A stretch of 64,000 nucleotides of DNA from an uncultured Candidatus Saccharibacteria bacterium (GCA_964615625.1 CAZTQT010000001.1:12438-76437), one strand, 5' to 3'. Positions 9,543 to 20,263 are shown, counted from the stretch's first letter. Numbers and translations: made by a program. The notes: a model not told the origin generated them from the letters alone.

Positions 9543-11447
9543 TTATTCTACTATTTCACCTTCTACAGGGTCGTTTTTATCTTCCTCAGAGTCCTTTTTC
9601 TGATTCTCTGAACCTTCTTTATTTTCAGTACTGCTACTTGTAGATTCAGGACCACCTTGTTTGTACAAGTGTTCTCCTATTTTTTGCAATGAGCTGGATA
9701 GTTCTTGGGTTTTTTGTTTCAAGACATCAGAGCTGTCTGTTTGCAGACCATCTCTTATATTTTTGACCTTTTCTTCTATATCTTTTTTAACATCCTCTGG
9801 AACTTTATCTCCAGCATCTTTGAGAGATTTCTCTGCGGTATAACAAAGACCGTCAGCTAGATTTCTTGCCTCAACCTCTTCTTTTTTCTTTTTATCCTCG
9901 TCGGCATGCATTTCTGATTCTTTTACCATTTTTTCTACTTCTTCTTTTGACAACCCTGTACCTCCTTGAATAGTAATCCTCTGTTCTTTACCTGTAGCTT
10001 TATCTTTTGCTGTTACGTTTAAAATTCCACTTGCATCTATATCAAACGTAACCTCAATTTGAGGCAACCCTCTTGGAGCGGGAGCAATTCCGTCAAGCAT
10101 AAATCTTCCTAAAGATTTGTTATCTGCCGCCATTTCTCTCTCACCTTGCAAAACATTAATCTCAACACTTGTTTGATTGTCTGCTGCAGTAGAGAACACC
10201 TGACTTTTTTGAGTAGGTATTGTGGTATTTCTGTTTATCAAAGGTGTTGAAACTGCACCAAGTGTCTCTATTCCAAGCGTTAATGGTGTGACATCAAGCA
10301 ATAAGACGTCTTTTACATCTCCTGACAGAACACCACCTTGTATACCAGCACCAAGTGCGACTACCTCATCAGGGTTTATGCTTTTGTTTGGTTCTTTACC
10401 AAAAAACTCTTTAACTGTTTGGGTTACTTTTGGCATTCTTGTCATTCCCCCAACTAATACCACTTCATCAATGTCTTCCTTCTTTAAGCCAGAGTCCTTA
10501 AGAGCGTTTTCCATAGGGAGTTTTGTTCTTTGTATTAAATCGTCAACCAGTTGCTCAAGTTTTGCTCTAGTTAGTTTTATGTTTAAGTGTTTAGGTCCCG
10601 AACTGTCTGCTGTAATAAATGGTATGTTTATTTCTGTTTCCATTGTTGATGAAAGCTCAATCTTGGCTTTTTCTGCTGCGTCCTTAAGCCGTTGCATTGC
10701 TTGTCTATCCTTTGATATATCAACACCGTTTTCCTTCTTAAACTCTTCCAATAACCAATCTATAACTTTCTGGTCAAAATCATCACCACCAAGATAGGTA
10801 TCTCCGTTTGTTGCTTTAACTTCAAACACCCCATCCCCTATTTCAAGAATTGATACATCAAAAGTACCGCCACCAAGGTCATAAACTACTATTTTTTCAT
10901 TTTTCTTTTTGTCTAATCCGTAAGCTAGTGAAGACGCAGTAGGTTCGTTTATTATTCTATCTACCTCAAAACCTGCTATTTGACCAGCTTCTTTTGTTGC
11001 AGTTCTTTGAGAGTCATTGAAGTATGCAGGTACAGTAATTATCGCTTTTGTTACTTTTTCACCCAAGAAAGCCTCCGCATCAGCCTTCATTTTAGACAGT
11101 ATTTTTGCAGATATTTCTTGAGGTGTATAAATTTTGCCTTCTACTTCAACACAAGCAAGGCCGTTTTTCCCTTCTACAATTTCGTATGGGTAACTATCCT
11201 TTATTTTTTGTATATCAGGATCATCATACCTCCTACCCACCAATCTCTTAATAGAGAATACAGTGTTTTTTGGGTTCACAACTTGCTGTCTTTTAGCGGG
11301 TATGCCCACGATATTTTGATCAGGAACAACTATGGATGGAGTAGTGTTAGAACCTTCTGCGTTTGGTATTACTTTTGCAGAACCACCTTCCATGACGGAC
11401 ATACAACTATTTGTAGTTCCTAAATCTATTCCTATTATTTTAGACAT
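9543..11447 (-). CDS. dnaK: Molecular chaperone DnaK
   Basis: [32 protein letters not shown]. Confidence 0.99.
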   Translation of the reverse strand: MSKIIGIDLGTTNSCMSVMEGGSAKVIPNAEGSNTTPSIVVPDQNIVGIPAKRQQVVNPKNTVFSIKRLVGRRYDDPDIQKIKDSYPYEIVEGKNGLACVEVEGKIYTPQEISAKILSKMKADAEAFLGEKVTKAIITVPAYFNDSQRTATKEAGQIAGFEVDRIINEPTASSLAYGLDKKKNEKIVVYDLGGGTFDVSILEIGDGVFEVKATNGDTYLGGDDFDQKVIDWLLEEFKKENGVDISKDRQAMQRLKDAAEKAKIELSSTMETEINIPFITADSSGPKHLNIKLTRAKLEQLVDDLIQRTKLPMENALKDSGLKKEDIDEVVLVGGMTRMPKVTQTVKEFFGKEPNKSINPDEVVALGAGIQGGVLSGDVKDVLLLDVTPLTLGIETLGAVSTPLINRNTTIPTQKSQVFSTAADNQTSVEINVLQGEREMAADNKSLGRFMLDGIAPAPRGLPQIEVTFDIDASGILNVTAKDKATGKEQRITIQGGTGLSKEEVEKMVKESEMHADEDKKKKEEVEARNLADGLCYTAEKSLKDAGDKVPEDVKKDIEEKVKNIRDGLQTDSSDVLKQKTQELSSSLQKIGEHLYKQGGPESTSSSTENKEGSENQKKDSEEDKNDPVEGEIVE

Positions 11448-11455
11448 GTTTCCTC

Positions 11456-11917
11456 CTATTCTTGGCCAACAACCACTTTGGCTGGCCTTAATAAATTTCC
11501 ATTTAATAAATAACCTTTTTGGTATATTTCTAAAACTTTATTTTTTTCGCCTTTTTTTAATTCCATGGCTTCCATGGTGTTGTGGTCAAAATCTTTTCCT
11601 AAAGCATCTACTTCCTCTACACCCATGTTTTTTAATGTGTTTTTTAAATCTTTTATAACTAGCTTCAAACCTTCATCGTTTGTGTGGTCTTCAAGTCTTT
11701 CTAAGTTATCAAAAAATGGTAAGAATTCTTTAATAACCTGGCTTTTTGTAAAATGCATGTAATTGGTTTTTTCTTCTGCAGTTCTTTTTTCAAGATTTTT
11801 ATAATCGGCAACAGCTCTTTTCCAATTGTTTTCTAAGGACACTATTTTTGTTTCCAACTCCTTAATTTGCATATCTATATCGTCTTTTGATTTTTTCATG
11901 GATTTATCTTCCTTCAT
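11456..11917 (-). CDS. grpE: Nucleotide exchange factor GrpE
   Basis: [34 protein letters not shown]; lies between hrcA and dnaK. Confidence 0.95.
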   Translation of the reverse strand: MKEDKSMKKSKDDIDMQIKELETKIVSLENNWKRAVADYKNLEKRTAEEKTNYMHFTKSQVIKEFLPFFDNLERLEDHTNDEGLKLVIKDLKNTLKNMGVEEVDALGKDFDHNTMEAMELKKGEKNKVLEIYQKGYLLNGNLLRPAKVVVGQE

Positions 11918-11940
11918 GGCAGTTGTTTAAGTTGTTTGTG

Positions 11941-12663
11941 TTACCAGGATCCTCCTAATTCCTCTAATATCTTCTTAGTATATTTTATGATCGGGATTAT
12001 TTTTGAATAGTTTATTCTTGCAGGACCAAGAATGGCTATATTCCCCGATTTTTCTCCTACCCTTAAAGGACAAAATACTATTGCGCTTTTACTTAGGTTT
12101 TCTACTGGGATCTCGTCTCCAATTAGTGTGTACACGTCTTGTCCAGGTAAAATACTTTGAAATATTTTATTTAATGTTCCGTAATCATCCAATATTCTTA
12201 ATGTTGCTTTTGCAACATCTATATCCCAAAATTCTTTGTATTCCAAAACATTGACCGCTCCAGAGTAGGTGACAAACCCATCATCTGTGGTGGCTATAGA
12301 TAAACAATCAGTCGCCTCAGACAGTGCTAAAGTCGTTTCTCTTAGTAATTTTTCAAATTCAAATCTATTTGACCAAAGCCTTTGCTTTAATGCTACTTCT
12401 TGAAGAACAGGTATTTCTTCTTCTTCCATCAGATCCTCAATGTATAGTCTGTAAGCCATTTTTGTAGGAACCCTCCCAGAAGAAGTGTGTAACATTTCCA
12501 AAAAACCCAAATCTATGAGTTTTGCCATCTCGTTTCTAACTGTGGCGGCGGAACATCTTAAATTATGGTTTTTAACTATTTCTACAGAGCCAACAGGTTC
12601 TGCAGTATCAATATATTCGCTTATTATTGCTTGGAGCAATTCTATTTGTCTGTCCGTAAGCAT
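11941..12663 (-). CDS. hrcA: Heat-inducible transcription repressor HrcA (short form)
   Basis: LTDRQ..LL.AII.EYI.TAEPVGS, SAATVRNEM, HTSSGRVPT, LGPARINY. Confidence 0.95.
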   Translation of the reverse strand: MLTDRQIELLQAIISEYIDTAEPVGSVEIVKNHNLRCSAATVRNEMAKLIDLGFLEMLHTSSGRVPTKMAYRLYIEDLMEEEEIPVLQEVALKQRLWSNRFEFEKLLRETTLALSEATDCLSIATTDDGFVTYSGAVNVLEYKEFWDIDVAKATLRILDDYGTLNKIFQSILPGQDVYTLIGDEIPVENLSKSAIVFCPLRVGEKSGNIAILGPARINYSKIIPIIKYTKKILEELGGSW

Positions 12664-12664
12664 A

Positions 12665-12700
12665 TTATCAGTAATATATCACGAGTGCTAAAAGTGTCAA
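12665..12700 (-). promoter_or_regulatory. CIRCE operator overlapping the hrcA promoter
   Basis: Minus strand TTAGCACTC-N9-TACTGATAA (one perfect arm, one 6/9) lying across TTGACA(12700-12695)-16 nt-TATATT, ending 1 nt before the ATG. Confidence 0.85.
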
Positions 12701-12775
12701 GAGCATTTTCAATTGCATTTTTATATAGGTCATAGTAGAATCCCTTACAAATCTAACAAAATGAAGGAGAAAAGG

Positions 12776-13138
12776 ATGTGTAAAAAGCCTAATTTAGAGA
12801 ATGTGTCGTGTGCGAAATCACTATCTCTTAGAATAAGAGATTCTTGGATTGCTGATCTTAAAGAATCCTCAATATCTTATGTGCAGCGCGAAGAAAAGCT
12901 AAATATCCAAGAGAAAACTGAAGAACAAAAACACTACGCGCTTCAGCTTATGGCTTCACGGATGTATTATAAGTTGTTGAGTGATGGTTATCATAAAGAG
13001 AACTTTTTGTCAGAAGAGACAATAAAAGACCTTTGTCTTACTTTTGTGAAAGTATTTCTTAAGACACTTGAAATAGCGGAAGCTACACTGTTTGTGGAGC
13101 AGGAGATTGTGAGCTTACTGAATGAAAATAGCTTTTGA
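12776..13138 (+). CDS. Hypothetical helical protein (orphan, own promoter, SD and terminator)
   Basis: TTGCAT-17-TAGAAT at 12713-12741, AAGGAG 6 nt before ATG 12776. Confidence 0.6.
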   Translation: MCKKPNLENVSCAKSLSLRIRDSWIADLKESSISYVQREEKLNIQEKTEEQKHYALQLMASRMYYKLLSDGYHKENFLSEETIKDLCLTFVKVFLKTLEIAEATLFVEQEIVSLLNENSF

Positions 13139-13172
13139 TTAAGAGAAAATAAACGAGTTAGTACAGCATTAG

Positions 13173-13203
13173 GGGCTACTGATACCATTTATATTGGTAG
13201 CCC
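13173..13203 (+). terminator. Hairpin between the orphan ORF and convergent lepA
   Basis: GGGCTACTGATA...TATTGGTAGCCC, with G-U pairs on the + strand. Confidence 0.55.
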
Positions 13204-14987
13204 TACTTTGTGAGTATTTGCCTAAACGCTTCTTGAGGTATATCTACTTTTCCAATTCTTTTCATCCTGGCCTTCCCTTTCTTCTGTATCTCCAGTAACT
13301 TGTCTTTCCTTTCTCTGTGCCCCCCAGACATTTTAGCTAAGACATTTTTTCTTAATGCGGGGATATCCTCTCTTGCAAGTATTTTTCCACCTACTGCAGC
13401 TTGCAAAGAGACAGCAAACTGCTGTTTAGGTATTATGTCTTTTAATTTTCTAATTAATGACTTTCCTATTTCTTGGGCTTTGTTTTTTAAAACGATAGTT
13501 GTTAACGGGTCAACAACCTCTCCATGTACAAGTATGTCCAACTTTACTGCATTGACACCTCTGTAATCCAAGAAATCATAATCAAGGCTAGCAAACCCAG
13601 AAGACACGCTTTTTAAGTCATCAAAAAAATTGTAAACAAGTTCTGCTAAAGGTAATTCGTATTCAAAAAAGACAGTGTTCTCGTTTGGGTATTCCATTTT
13701 TTGTAACAAGCCCCTTCTTTCGGTGCAAAGTTTTATCACCGGGCCTGAGTAGAGAGCTGGGCACACTATTTTGCACAATATCCAAGGTTCTTGTATTTCT
13801 TTGACCTTAGTAATATCTGGTAAATCTGCTGGAGAGGTTATAAACAAAGTTTCATTTTTTGTGTTTATTATTTTATATCTTACTGCGGGAGTTGTTGATA
13901 TAAGGCTAAGATTATATTCCCTTTCTAACCTTTCTTGAATTATTTCAGCATGTAGTAAACCTAAAAAACCGCATCTAAACCCAAATCCAAGAGCAGTGTT
14001 GTTCTCAGGTTCGTATGATAGGGAAGAGTCTGATAGAGACAGTTTCTCAAGAGCCTCTCTTAATTGAGATGATTTTGAATTATCTATTGGATAGATAGAG
14101 ACAAACACGAAGGGTTTAATTTCCTTGTAACCAGGAAGTGGTCCAGACAAACTATCTTCTTCGAGAACGACCGTATCACCAACCTTAACTGCTTTTATAT
14201 CTTTCAACCCTGTTGCTATGTAACCAACCTCTCCTGTTGATATTTTTCCTGTTTTTACCCTTTTCATTTTTATGTACCCAATTTCTTCTGGAGAAGACGT
14301 TGTGTTTGTTGCCATAAACTTAAGTTTTGTGTTTTGCTTTACTTCAAAGTTACCATCAACAACCCTTACATTTGCTACGACCCCCAGATATTCATCGTAA
14401 TAGGAATCAAAAACAAGAGCTCTGGGGTTTGTGTTTTTTTGTCCGGAGGGGGCGGGTATATCTAATATTATTTTATTGAGAAGTTCTTCTACTCCCTGGC
14501 CTGTTTTCCCTGAAACACACAATGTGTCTCCTTTTTCTAACCCAAAGGTCTTTGATATATCATCTTTAAGTGTTTCTAAGTCTCCTGTTTGTAGATCTAC
14601 CTTATTTATAACTGGTATTATTTTTAATCCTGATTCTACAGCTTTATAAAAATTAGAAACTGTTTGGGCTTGTATACCTTGTGTTTTATCTACAAGAAGA
14701 ACAGCTCCCTCACAAGCGGCAAGAGATCTAGAAACTTCGTACGAGAAATCAACGTGTCCGGGAGTATCTATCAGGTTTAGTTGGTACCCGTTGTGTTCCA
14801 TTCTTATAGCCTTGAGTTTTATTGTTATTCCCTTTTCTCTTTCCAAATCCATTGAGTCTAGTGTTTGTTCAACAAGGTTCCTTTTATCTACTGTGTTGGT
14901 TATTTCCAACATTCTATCTGCCACAGTAGATTTACCGTGGTCTATGTGGGCTATTATGCAAAAATTTCTAATCCTTTGCTGATCCAT
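13203..14987 (-). CDS. lepA: Elongation factor 4
   Basis: IRNFCIIAHIDHGKST, LEREKGITIK, DTPGHVDF, GFRCGFLGLLH, KQQFAVSLQAA. Confidence 0.98.
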   Translation of the reverse strand: MDQQRIRNFCIIAHIDHGKSTVADRMLEITNTVDKRNLVEQTLDSMDLEREKGITIKLKAIRMEHNGYQLNLIDTPGHVDFSYEVSRSLAACEGAVLLVDKTQGIQAQTVSNFYKAVESGLKIIPVINKVDLQTGDLETLKDDISKTFGLEKGDTLCVSGKTGQGVEELLNKIILDIPAPSGQKNTNPRALVFDSYYDEYLGVVANVRVVDGNFEVKQNTKLKFMATNTTSSPEEIGYIKMKRVKTGKISTGEVGYIATGLKDIKAVKVGDTVVLEEDSLSGPLPGYKEIKPFVFVSIYPIDNSKSSQLREALEKLSLSDSSLSYEPENNTALGFGFRCGFLGLLHAEIIQERLEREYNLSLISTTPAVRYKIINTKNETLFITSPADLPDITKVKEIQEPWILCKIVCPALYSGPVIKLCTERRGLLQKMEYPNENTVFFEYELPLAELVYNFFDDLKSVSSGFASLDYDFLDYRGVNAVKLDILVHGEVVDPLTTIVLKNKAQEIGKSLIRKLKDIIPKQQFAVSLQAAVGGKILAREDIPALRKNVLAKMSGGHRERKDKLLEIQKKGKARMKRIGKVDIPQEAFRQILTK

Positions 14988-14994
14988 TAGGTGA

Positions 14995-16653
14995 TTATAC
15001 AGTTTCTTGTTCTGTTGCGGTTAAATTTACAGCTTCTGTTTTTATGTCTTGTTTTGTAATTTTTAATCTTCTAAGAAGCTTGTAAAAAAGTTCTATCTCC
15101 TCAACTTTCAATAAGTGAGTAATAAGCAGATATGTAGCCATTCCTGTTATTCCTGCTATTACAGTTAAGATTAAAAGATTTATTGTTCTTGTAGTGTCCA
15201 ACACAAAGTTATCTAAAAATTTCATCGGTAAGTAGAGTGTTACCCCCATTATGGCAGTAGACCATAGTATTTTTGTGAGAGGTATGAAAAGTTTTTTGTT
15301 GTCGAATTTTCCTACTTTTTTCCCTAAAAAAATTATGAGTAAAAAGGCATCCATGACAGAAGTTATAGTGTATGCAAGAGCTATACTCCATACACCAAGT
15401 TTTAAATTGGTGACAAAAAACACTGTTAGTAAAATATTTATAACCGCGGTTATTGTATTAATAACGACGGGGGTTTTTGTGTCCTTTAGGGCATAAAAAG
15501 CTCGGGATGTAAGATAGGCAATACTTTGTGGAAATATTGAGATGCTGAAAAAAGCTAGTGTTTGAGCAGTCCTTATTGTAGATGCCCATGGAAAGTTACT
15601 AACTCCGTACACGATCCTTATTGCTGGTACCCTTAATATTAATAGAATGGCACTAATTGGTAGTACAAGATATGATACTTGATGGAACGATGTTAAAAAA
15701 GTATTTTTAAACTTTTCCCTGTCTTCATGAGCAGCTTGTGAGGACAGTGTTGGTAGGCTTGCCGCTGCCATAGATACACCAAACAAACTTACAGGAAATG
15801 TTTGTAGTTGATCTGCAAACTTCAAATATATAGCGGAAGAAGAGGATATTAAAATAGCAAGACTATTGTTTATTGTTTGTGTAACGTTAGATATAAGAAC
15901 GTTCGTTATTCTAGCAGGTATTAATTTGAATGTATTTCTAAAATTATGATCAGAAAAGTTGATGATGGGGGAGTATTTAAATTTGGTTTTTTTTGCAAGA
16001 GGGAGCTGTACAGAAAAGTGGAGAATAGATCCTATAAGTACTCCCACCGCTGCCCCGTATATTCCAAACCTATTAGATAAAAATACAATTCCTAATATCA
16101 TACCTATGTTATAGAAAACAGGTGCAAGGGCGGGGATAATAAAATATTTAAATGATTGAAGAACACTTGTTAAAAGGCTCCCCAGAACTAAAAATATTTG
16201 TGAAACAAGCATTATTCTCATTATGTTAGATCCAAGATTTATTTCTTCTTTTGAGAACGTTCCTACGGATAAAAGCTTTATTATGGTTGGAGACATAAAA
16301 AATATTACTGTTCCCACTAGTATAAAAAATAAAAGAGTAAAGTTTATTATTGAGGATGCTGTCTTGTATGCTTCTCCCTCATCTTTTTTTAACAACCCTG
16401 TGAAAACAGGTATAAATACAGTTGATATAGCACCAAGTATAAGTATTGAGTACATTAAGTTTGGTATTTTGTCAGCTGTGTAAAAGATAGTTAATTCTCT
16501 AGATACACTAAAATATTTAGCTAATAGACGTGTTTTAATTAGTCCTAGAATAGAACTAAAACCACTGGCCAGACCAAGTATTACTGCGGCTGAAAGTATA
16601 GTGTTTTGTGCTTTGAATAAAAAGCCGTTTGTATTTTTATTTTCTATTTTCAT
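14995..16653 (-). CDS. murJ: Lipid II flippase MurJ
   Basis: Multi-TM; KIPNL...GAISTVFIPVF, PALAPVFYN, RAFYALKDTKTP. Confidence 0.93.
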   Translation of the reverse strand: MKIENKNTNGFLFKAQNTILSAAVILGLASGFSSILGLIKTRLLAKYFSVSRELTIFYTADKIPNLMYSILILGAISTVFIPVFTGLLKKDEGEAYKTASSIINFTLLFFILVGTVIFFMSPTIIKLLSVGTFSKEEINLGSNIMRIMLVSQIFLVLGSLLTSVLQSFKYFIIPALAPVFYNIGMILGIVFLSNRFGIYGAAVGVLIGSILHFSVQLPLAKKTKFKYSPIINFSDHNFRNTFKLIPARITNVLISNVTQTINNSLAILISSSSAIYLKFADQLQTFPVSLFGVSMAAASLPTLSSQAAHEDREKFKNTFLTSFHQVSYLVLPISAILLILRVPAIRIVYGVSNFPWASTIRTAQTLAFFSISIFPQSIAYLTSRAFYALKDTKTPVVINTITAVINILLTVFFVTNLKLGVWSIALAYTITSVMDAFLLIIFLGKKVGKFDNKKLFIPLTKILWSTAIMGVTLYLPMKFLDNFVLDTTRTINLLILTVIAGITGMATYLLITHLLKVEEIELFYKLLRRLKITKQDIKTEAVNLTATEQETV

Positions 16654-16714
16654 TTCCCTTATTATTTAATGTACTTTTTACTTTGGCGTAGTTATGATAT
16701 TATACAACCCGATT

Positions 16715-17041
16715 ATGGCAAATACTAAGTCAGCAAAAAAGAATATTAGATCTTCGGCTAGAAAGAAAGCCCACAATGATAGGTGGGAGATGAAATATAA
16801 GTCCGCGAGAAAGTCTTTGTCCAAAGCTATAGCAGCTAAAGAGAAGGATTCGTTAAAGGAAAAATTTGTTTTATTGCAGAAATACTTAGATAAAGCTTCT
16901 AAAGAAAAAACTATTCATAAAAATAAAGCAAATAGGGTAAAATCTATATATGCTAGAAAAGTTGCTGCCCTCAATCTTCAAGAAGAAAGCGGAAAAGAGT
17001 CCGCAGTCTCAAAGCGTTCCTCAGGAAAAAAGACCAAGTAA
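16715..17041 (+). CDS. rpsT: 30S ribosomal protein S20 with C-terminal extension
   Basis: MANTKSAKKNIR, LDKASKEKTIHKNKANRVKS. Confidence 0.95.
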   Translation: MANTKSAKKNIRSSARKKAHNDRWEMKYKSARKSLSKAIAAKEKDSLKEKFVLLQKYLDKASKEKTIHKNKANRVKSIYARKVAALNLQEESGKESAVSKRSSGKKTK

Positions 17042-17582
17042 TGCTGATGACTCCTTTGATGAGGGTTTTAATTTAATACCTTTTTCTCAAACTAATATCA
17101 TATCTCCGAGCTATGCAGGTCCTGTGATAAAGTGGGTTAGAAAATCAATAGTTTTTGTTAGTGTTGTTTTTGTTGTCGTTTTATTATTAAATTTCGCTCT
17201 TTCTTATGTTGTTAACTATCAAAAACGTTGGCAGGACAAACTAGTATCCGAAATGAGTCTTTATGATGACATAGAGATTCGGGCAAAAAATATAGATGAA
17301 AAAATAGTTGCTTATAAGGACTTTTTAGGTAGTAGAAAGCTTCTCTTAGATAAATTCAAATATATTTTAGAAAAAAGAGGAGATTATGTAGAGATTAAAA
17401 ATCTTGATATGGATTATTACGGATTTACAATGAATTTTTCCGTTAAAGATGCCGTTTCTTTTACCAAATTTATTACAGCATGTGTAGAGGGTGGTATGGT
17501 TTCAGATATAACAATTCAGTCTGCGACTATGAGTACCGAAAAAGATGCTTTTAACGTGTCAATTCACGGAGGTTTTAAATAA
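16950..17582 (+). CDS. PilN-like type IV pilus assembly protein
   Basis: FNLIP (INLLP-like) motif, single TM, coiled coil, small alpha/beta C-terminal domain; precedes a PilO-like gene. Confidence 0.55.
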   Translation: MLEKLLPSIFKKKAEKSPQSQSVPQEKRPSNADDSFDEGFNLIPFSQTNIISPSYAGPVIKWVRKSIVFVSVVFVVVLLLNFALSYVVNYQKRWQDKLVSEMSLYDDIEIRAKNIDEKIVAYKDFLGSRKLLLDKFKYILEKRGDYVEIKNLDMDYYGFTMNFSVKDAVSFTKFITACVEGGMVSDITIQSATMSTEKDAFNVSIHGGFK

Positions 17583-18124
17583 TGGAAAACATTTTAAACT
17601 CACTAAAAAGGATTTTTTCAAACGAAGTCACTGCTGCTAAAATATATGTAGTTTGGGGAGTTTTAGTTTTGGTTGTCTTTGGTTTCTTGGGTCTTTATCC
17701 TGTGACAAAAATACTGATTTCAAACTTTTCCCTTGTAGACAGTTTGTATAAAAGTAATATTTCCATGGAAGAAAACTTAAAAAAATTAAAAGAAATAAAA
17801 GAAAAGGTAGATTACGTAGAAGAGGACATCTATTTATTGGAGAATTTTGTTCCTACAGAATTTAGATCTCAAAACTATCTTGTGGAAATGTCTGCTATAT
17901 CTGGAGAGAGTGGTTATTTTATGGATAAATTAAATTTTGGTGAGAATAAAGATTCTAGTGTCGTATTGAGTCTTAATTTAGTAGGAAAGGGCGATCCGAT
18001 TAACATGATAAGTAGGTTAGAGAGTTCTGCTAAATTAAATGAGATAGAGCTGATTAGATATTCAGTTGGAGAAGTAACTGACATGTTAAATATACAAATA
18101 AGATCTTTCATAATGGACAAATAA
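17582..18124 (+). CDS. PilO-like type IV pilus assembly protein
   Basis: TM, coiled coil, LENFVP, then alpha/beta domain (G...NMISRLESSAKL). Confidence 0.6.
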   Translation: MENILNSLKRIFSNEVTAAKIYVVWGVLVLVVFGFLGLYPVTKILISNFSLVDSLYKSNISMEENLKKLKEIKEKVDYVEEDIYLLENFVPTEFRSQNYLVEMSAISGESGYFMDKLNFGENKDSSVVLSLNLVGKGDPINMISRLESSAKLNEIELIRYSVGEVTDMLNIQIRSFIMDK

Positions 18125-18315
18125 TGAAAAATTTATTTATAACTGTAGCCATATTTTTATTAACATTACTTATCTGGTTGGCTGTTGGTATGAAAAAACT
18201 AGACAAAGACTTTTTTCTTTCAAATTCAGTACTTGACAGAGCGATACCTTTGAATGTTAATATTGATATAGATTTCTTTAATAAGTTAAAGAACCCTGCC
18301 TATGAAAACAAATAA
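18124..18315 (+). CDS. Small single-TM protein in the pilN/pilO-like operon
   Basis: 63 aa, N-terminal TM, translationally coupled to its neighbours. Confidence 0.6.
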   Translation: MKNLFITVAIFLLTLLIWLAVGMKKLDKDFFLSNSVLDRAIPLNVNIDIDFFNKLKNPAYENK

Positions 18316-18814
18316 TAATAGTTACAGTATAAAATCTCAGCAGACTAAAGGTCTTAGTACTTTTATTTTGACCTTGTCTATATCTCTTATAATTTTCAGC
18401 GCTGCGTATTACCTCATGACTTATAAATCCAACCAGCTTGAGAATTCTTCAGATCCTTCAATATCAAACGTTTTTGTAAAGGAAGAGGAGTCAAGTAATC
18501 CTGTAACGGATGCTTCAAGTGATACTTCTAAGGATAAAACTGTTTTTGGTTCTATTGCTAGTGCTAAACCAAACACTGAGTACAGACAAGTTTTGTCTGG
18601 ATCAGACGCTGTTCCTTCAGGTACTTATGTTAGTGATGCTTCTACAGCTCCACAGACAACTACTAGTGCGAGTCTTGAGACAGGTGTAACGAGTGTAACT
18701 GTTGGTTTGGTTTTATCTCTTGTACTTTTTGCTTTTACCATGGTTTTTGTTTATAAAGACCCTAGAAAAATAGCTTTAAGTACGTTTGAGAGAAATGCAT
18801 CCAAGGGTTTATAA
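18302..18814 (+). CDS. S/T-rich surface protein with LPXTG-like sorting signal (candidate sortase substrate)
   Basis: N-terminal TM, S/T/D-rich linker, SLETG + TM + RKIALSTFER tail; convergent with the sortase. Confidence 0.65.
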   Translation: MKTNNNSYSIKSQQTKGLSTFILTLSISLIIFSAAYYLMTYKSNQLENSSDPSISNVFVKEEESSNPVTDASSDTSKDKTVFGSIASAKPNTEYRQVLSGSDAVPSGTYVSDASTAPQTTTSASLETGVTSVTVGLVLSLVLFAFTMVFVYKDPRKIALSTFERNASKGL

Positions 18815-18830
18815 GTTAAATCCTTAACCT

Positions 18831-19562
18831 TTAATCATCCAAAGAAGCTCTTATTAGCAGTCTGTTGGTTTTTGTTCCTGCAGGCCAGCAAGTCATAAGA
18901 CTTATTGTAGAGGTATTTAAATACGCTGGTTTCCATCCGGACAGTGGAAATACATCAGACGGTTTTAAAACATTTTTATCTTCAACAGTATATGTTAATT
19001 CTCTGTTGTTGTATTTTATAAAGACTTTATCACCTTTTTCTAAGTCTCCAAGTGTTGAGAATATAGTTTTGTAATTTTTGGGGTTAAAAAACCAAGGTAA
19101 AACGGAATGACCATATATGAAAGAATCTCCTATTTTACCTGGTAATGCCGAGCCTTTGTAGTGACCTATGAATTCATCTGGGCTGGGCCCATCATACTCG
19201 CTCTTAACTAGTGCATTTTTTATACCAAGCTTTGGTATTGTTATATTAAAGTATTCTGGAATATCGTTTTCTTCTTTTGGAATTTCCCCACCTTTGTTCT
19301 CAAGTTCCTTAAAAGTGAAGTCCTTAAACCCTGTGGCTAGGCCAAGTACTGTTTGTTCCATGGGTTTTACAACTGTGTCTTGAGTTTTAAAATATACCAA
19401 CGGGAGTATCACTTGCGTTCCAAGGATTAGAAACCCTAGGGACATTAAAAGTCCGGATAATATTCTTGTTTTAAACAAGAATCGGTAGTTTACCGAGCTG
19501 TATATAGGATCAAAGGACTTGTCTTTTATGTAAATTTTTTTACTGTTTTTGTTAGAAGGCAT
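18831..19562 (-). CDS. Sortase
   Basis: TM, ITIPKLGI, GHYKGSALPG, catalytic H (YGHS), C (LMTCWP), R (TNRLL). Confidence 0.92.
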   Translation of the reverse strand: MPSNKNSKKIYIKDKSFDPIYSSVNYRFLFKTRILSGLLMSLGFLILGTQVILPLVYFKTQDTVVKPMEQTVLGLATGFKDFTFKELENKGGEIPKEENDIPEYFNITIPKLGIKNALVKSEYDGPSPDEFIGHYKGSALPGKIGDSFIYGHSVLPWFFNPKNYKTIFSTLGDLEKGDKVFIKYNNRELTYTVEDKNVLKPSDVFPLSGWKPAYLNTSTISLMTCWPAGTKTNRLLIRASLDD

Positions 19563-19564
19563 TA

Positions 19565-20263
19565 TTAAGAGTTTAACACTATTTCCACTGCCATTGGAAC
19601 CAATACATCCTCATCAATCTCACCAATCTTTGACTTCATATCTAGTTTTCTGAGTTCCTCGTATATGTGTATTAGTTGCTGCTCTGAAAATAAAAGAGAT
19701 TGGCTACGAGCTTTGTTTTTTATAAATCCAGATGATTTGTTATAAGATGGGCTATTAAATTTTGATGTGGAAACATTTCTTAATCCGTAAAACATCATGG
19801 GTATTATTTCAAAAGAGGACACGCTGTCATTAATGAGTTTAGAGAGTTCTAAATAAGCATTTTCTCTTTGTTTATAAAATACAGCATCAACAAATTTAAA
19901 AATATTACTTTGAGGTTTTAGTTCGTTTAAGTTTAGTTTAGCCTTAAGTCTTCCTGCATTTTTAATAAAAGCGTTGGTTTTAGTGAGTTGTTTGTTAGAA
20001 AGAATGATTAGAGTTGTTTGTTCAGGTATCCTTTCTATTTTTTCTATATACGGTTCTAAGCTAGCTCTTCCTGTGCCAGATATATCTAAAACAACAAAAG
20101 GAGGTGTTCCGAATAAATCGTTAGAGCAGCATATCTCATAAAGACCCTCTGGAGTTACACTTGAAATAGACATTTCCTGTCGTGTCCCGCCGCATTTATT
20201 TTGTTGGTTTTGGATCATTATTCTGGATTTTGATATGTCTTCACCGTGGACTATGTATATCAT
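19565..20263 (-). CDS. holA: DNA polymerase III delta subunit (short form)
   Basis: MIYIVHGED, DLFG, NIFKFVDAV, LDMKSKIG. Confidence 0.75.
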   Translation of the reverse strand: MIYIVHGEDISKSRIMIQNQQNKCGGTRQEMSISSVTPEGLYEICCSNDLFGTPPFVVLDISGTGRASLEPYIEKIERIPEQTTLIILSNKQLTKTNAFIKNAGRLKAKLNLNELKPQSNIFKFVDAVFYKQRENAYLELSKLINDSVSSFEIIPMMFYGLRNVSTSKFNSPSYNKSSGFIKNKARSQSLLFSEQQLIHIYEELRKLDMKSKIGEIDEDVLVPMAVEIVLNS

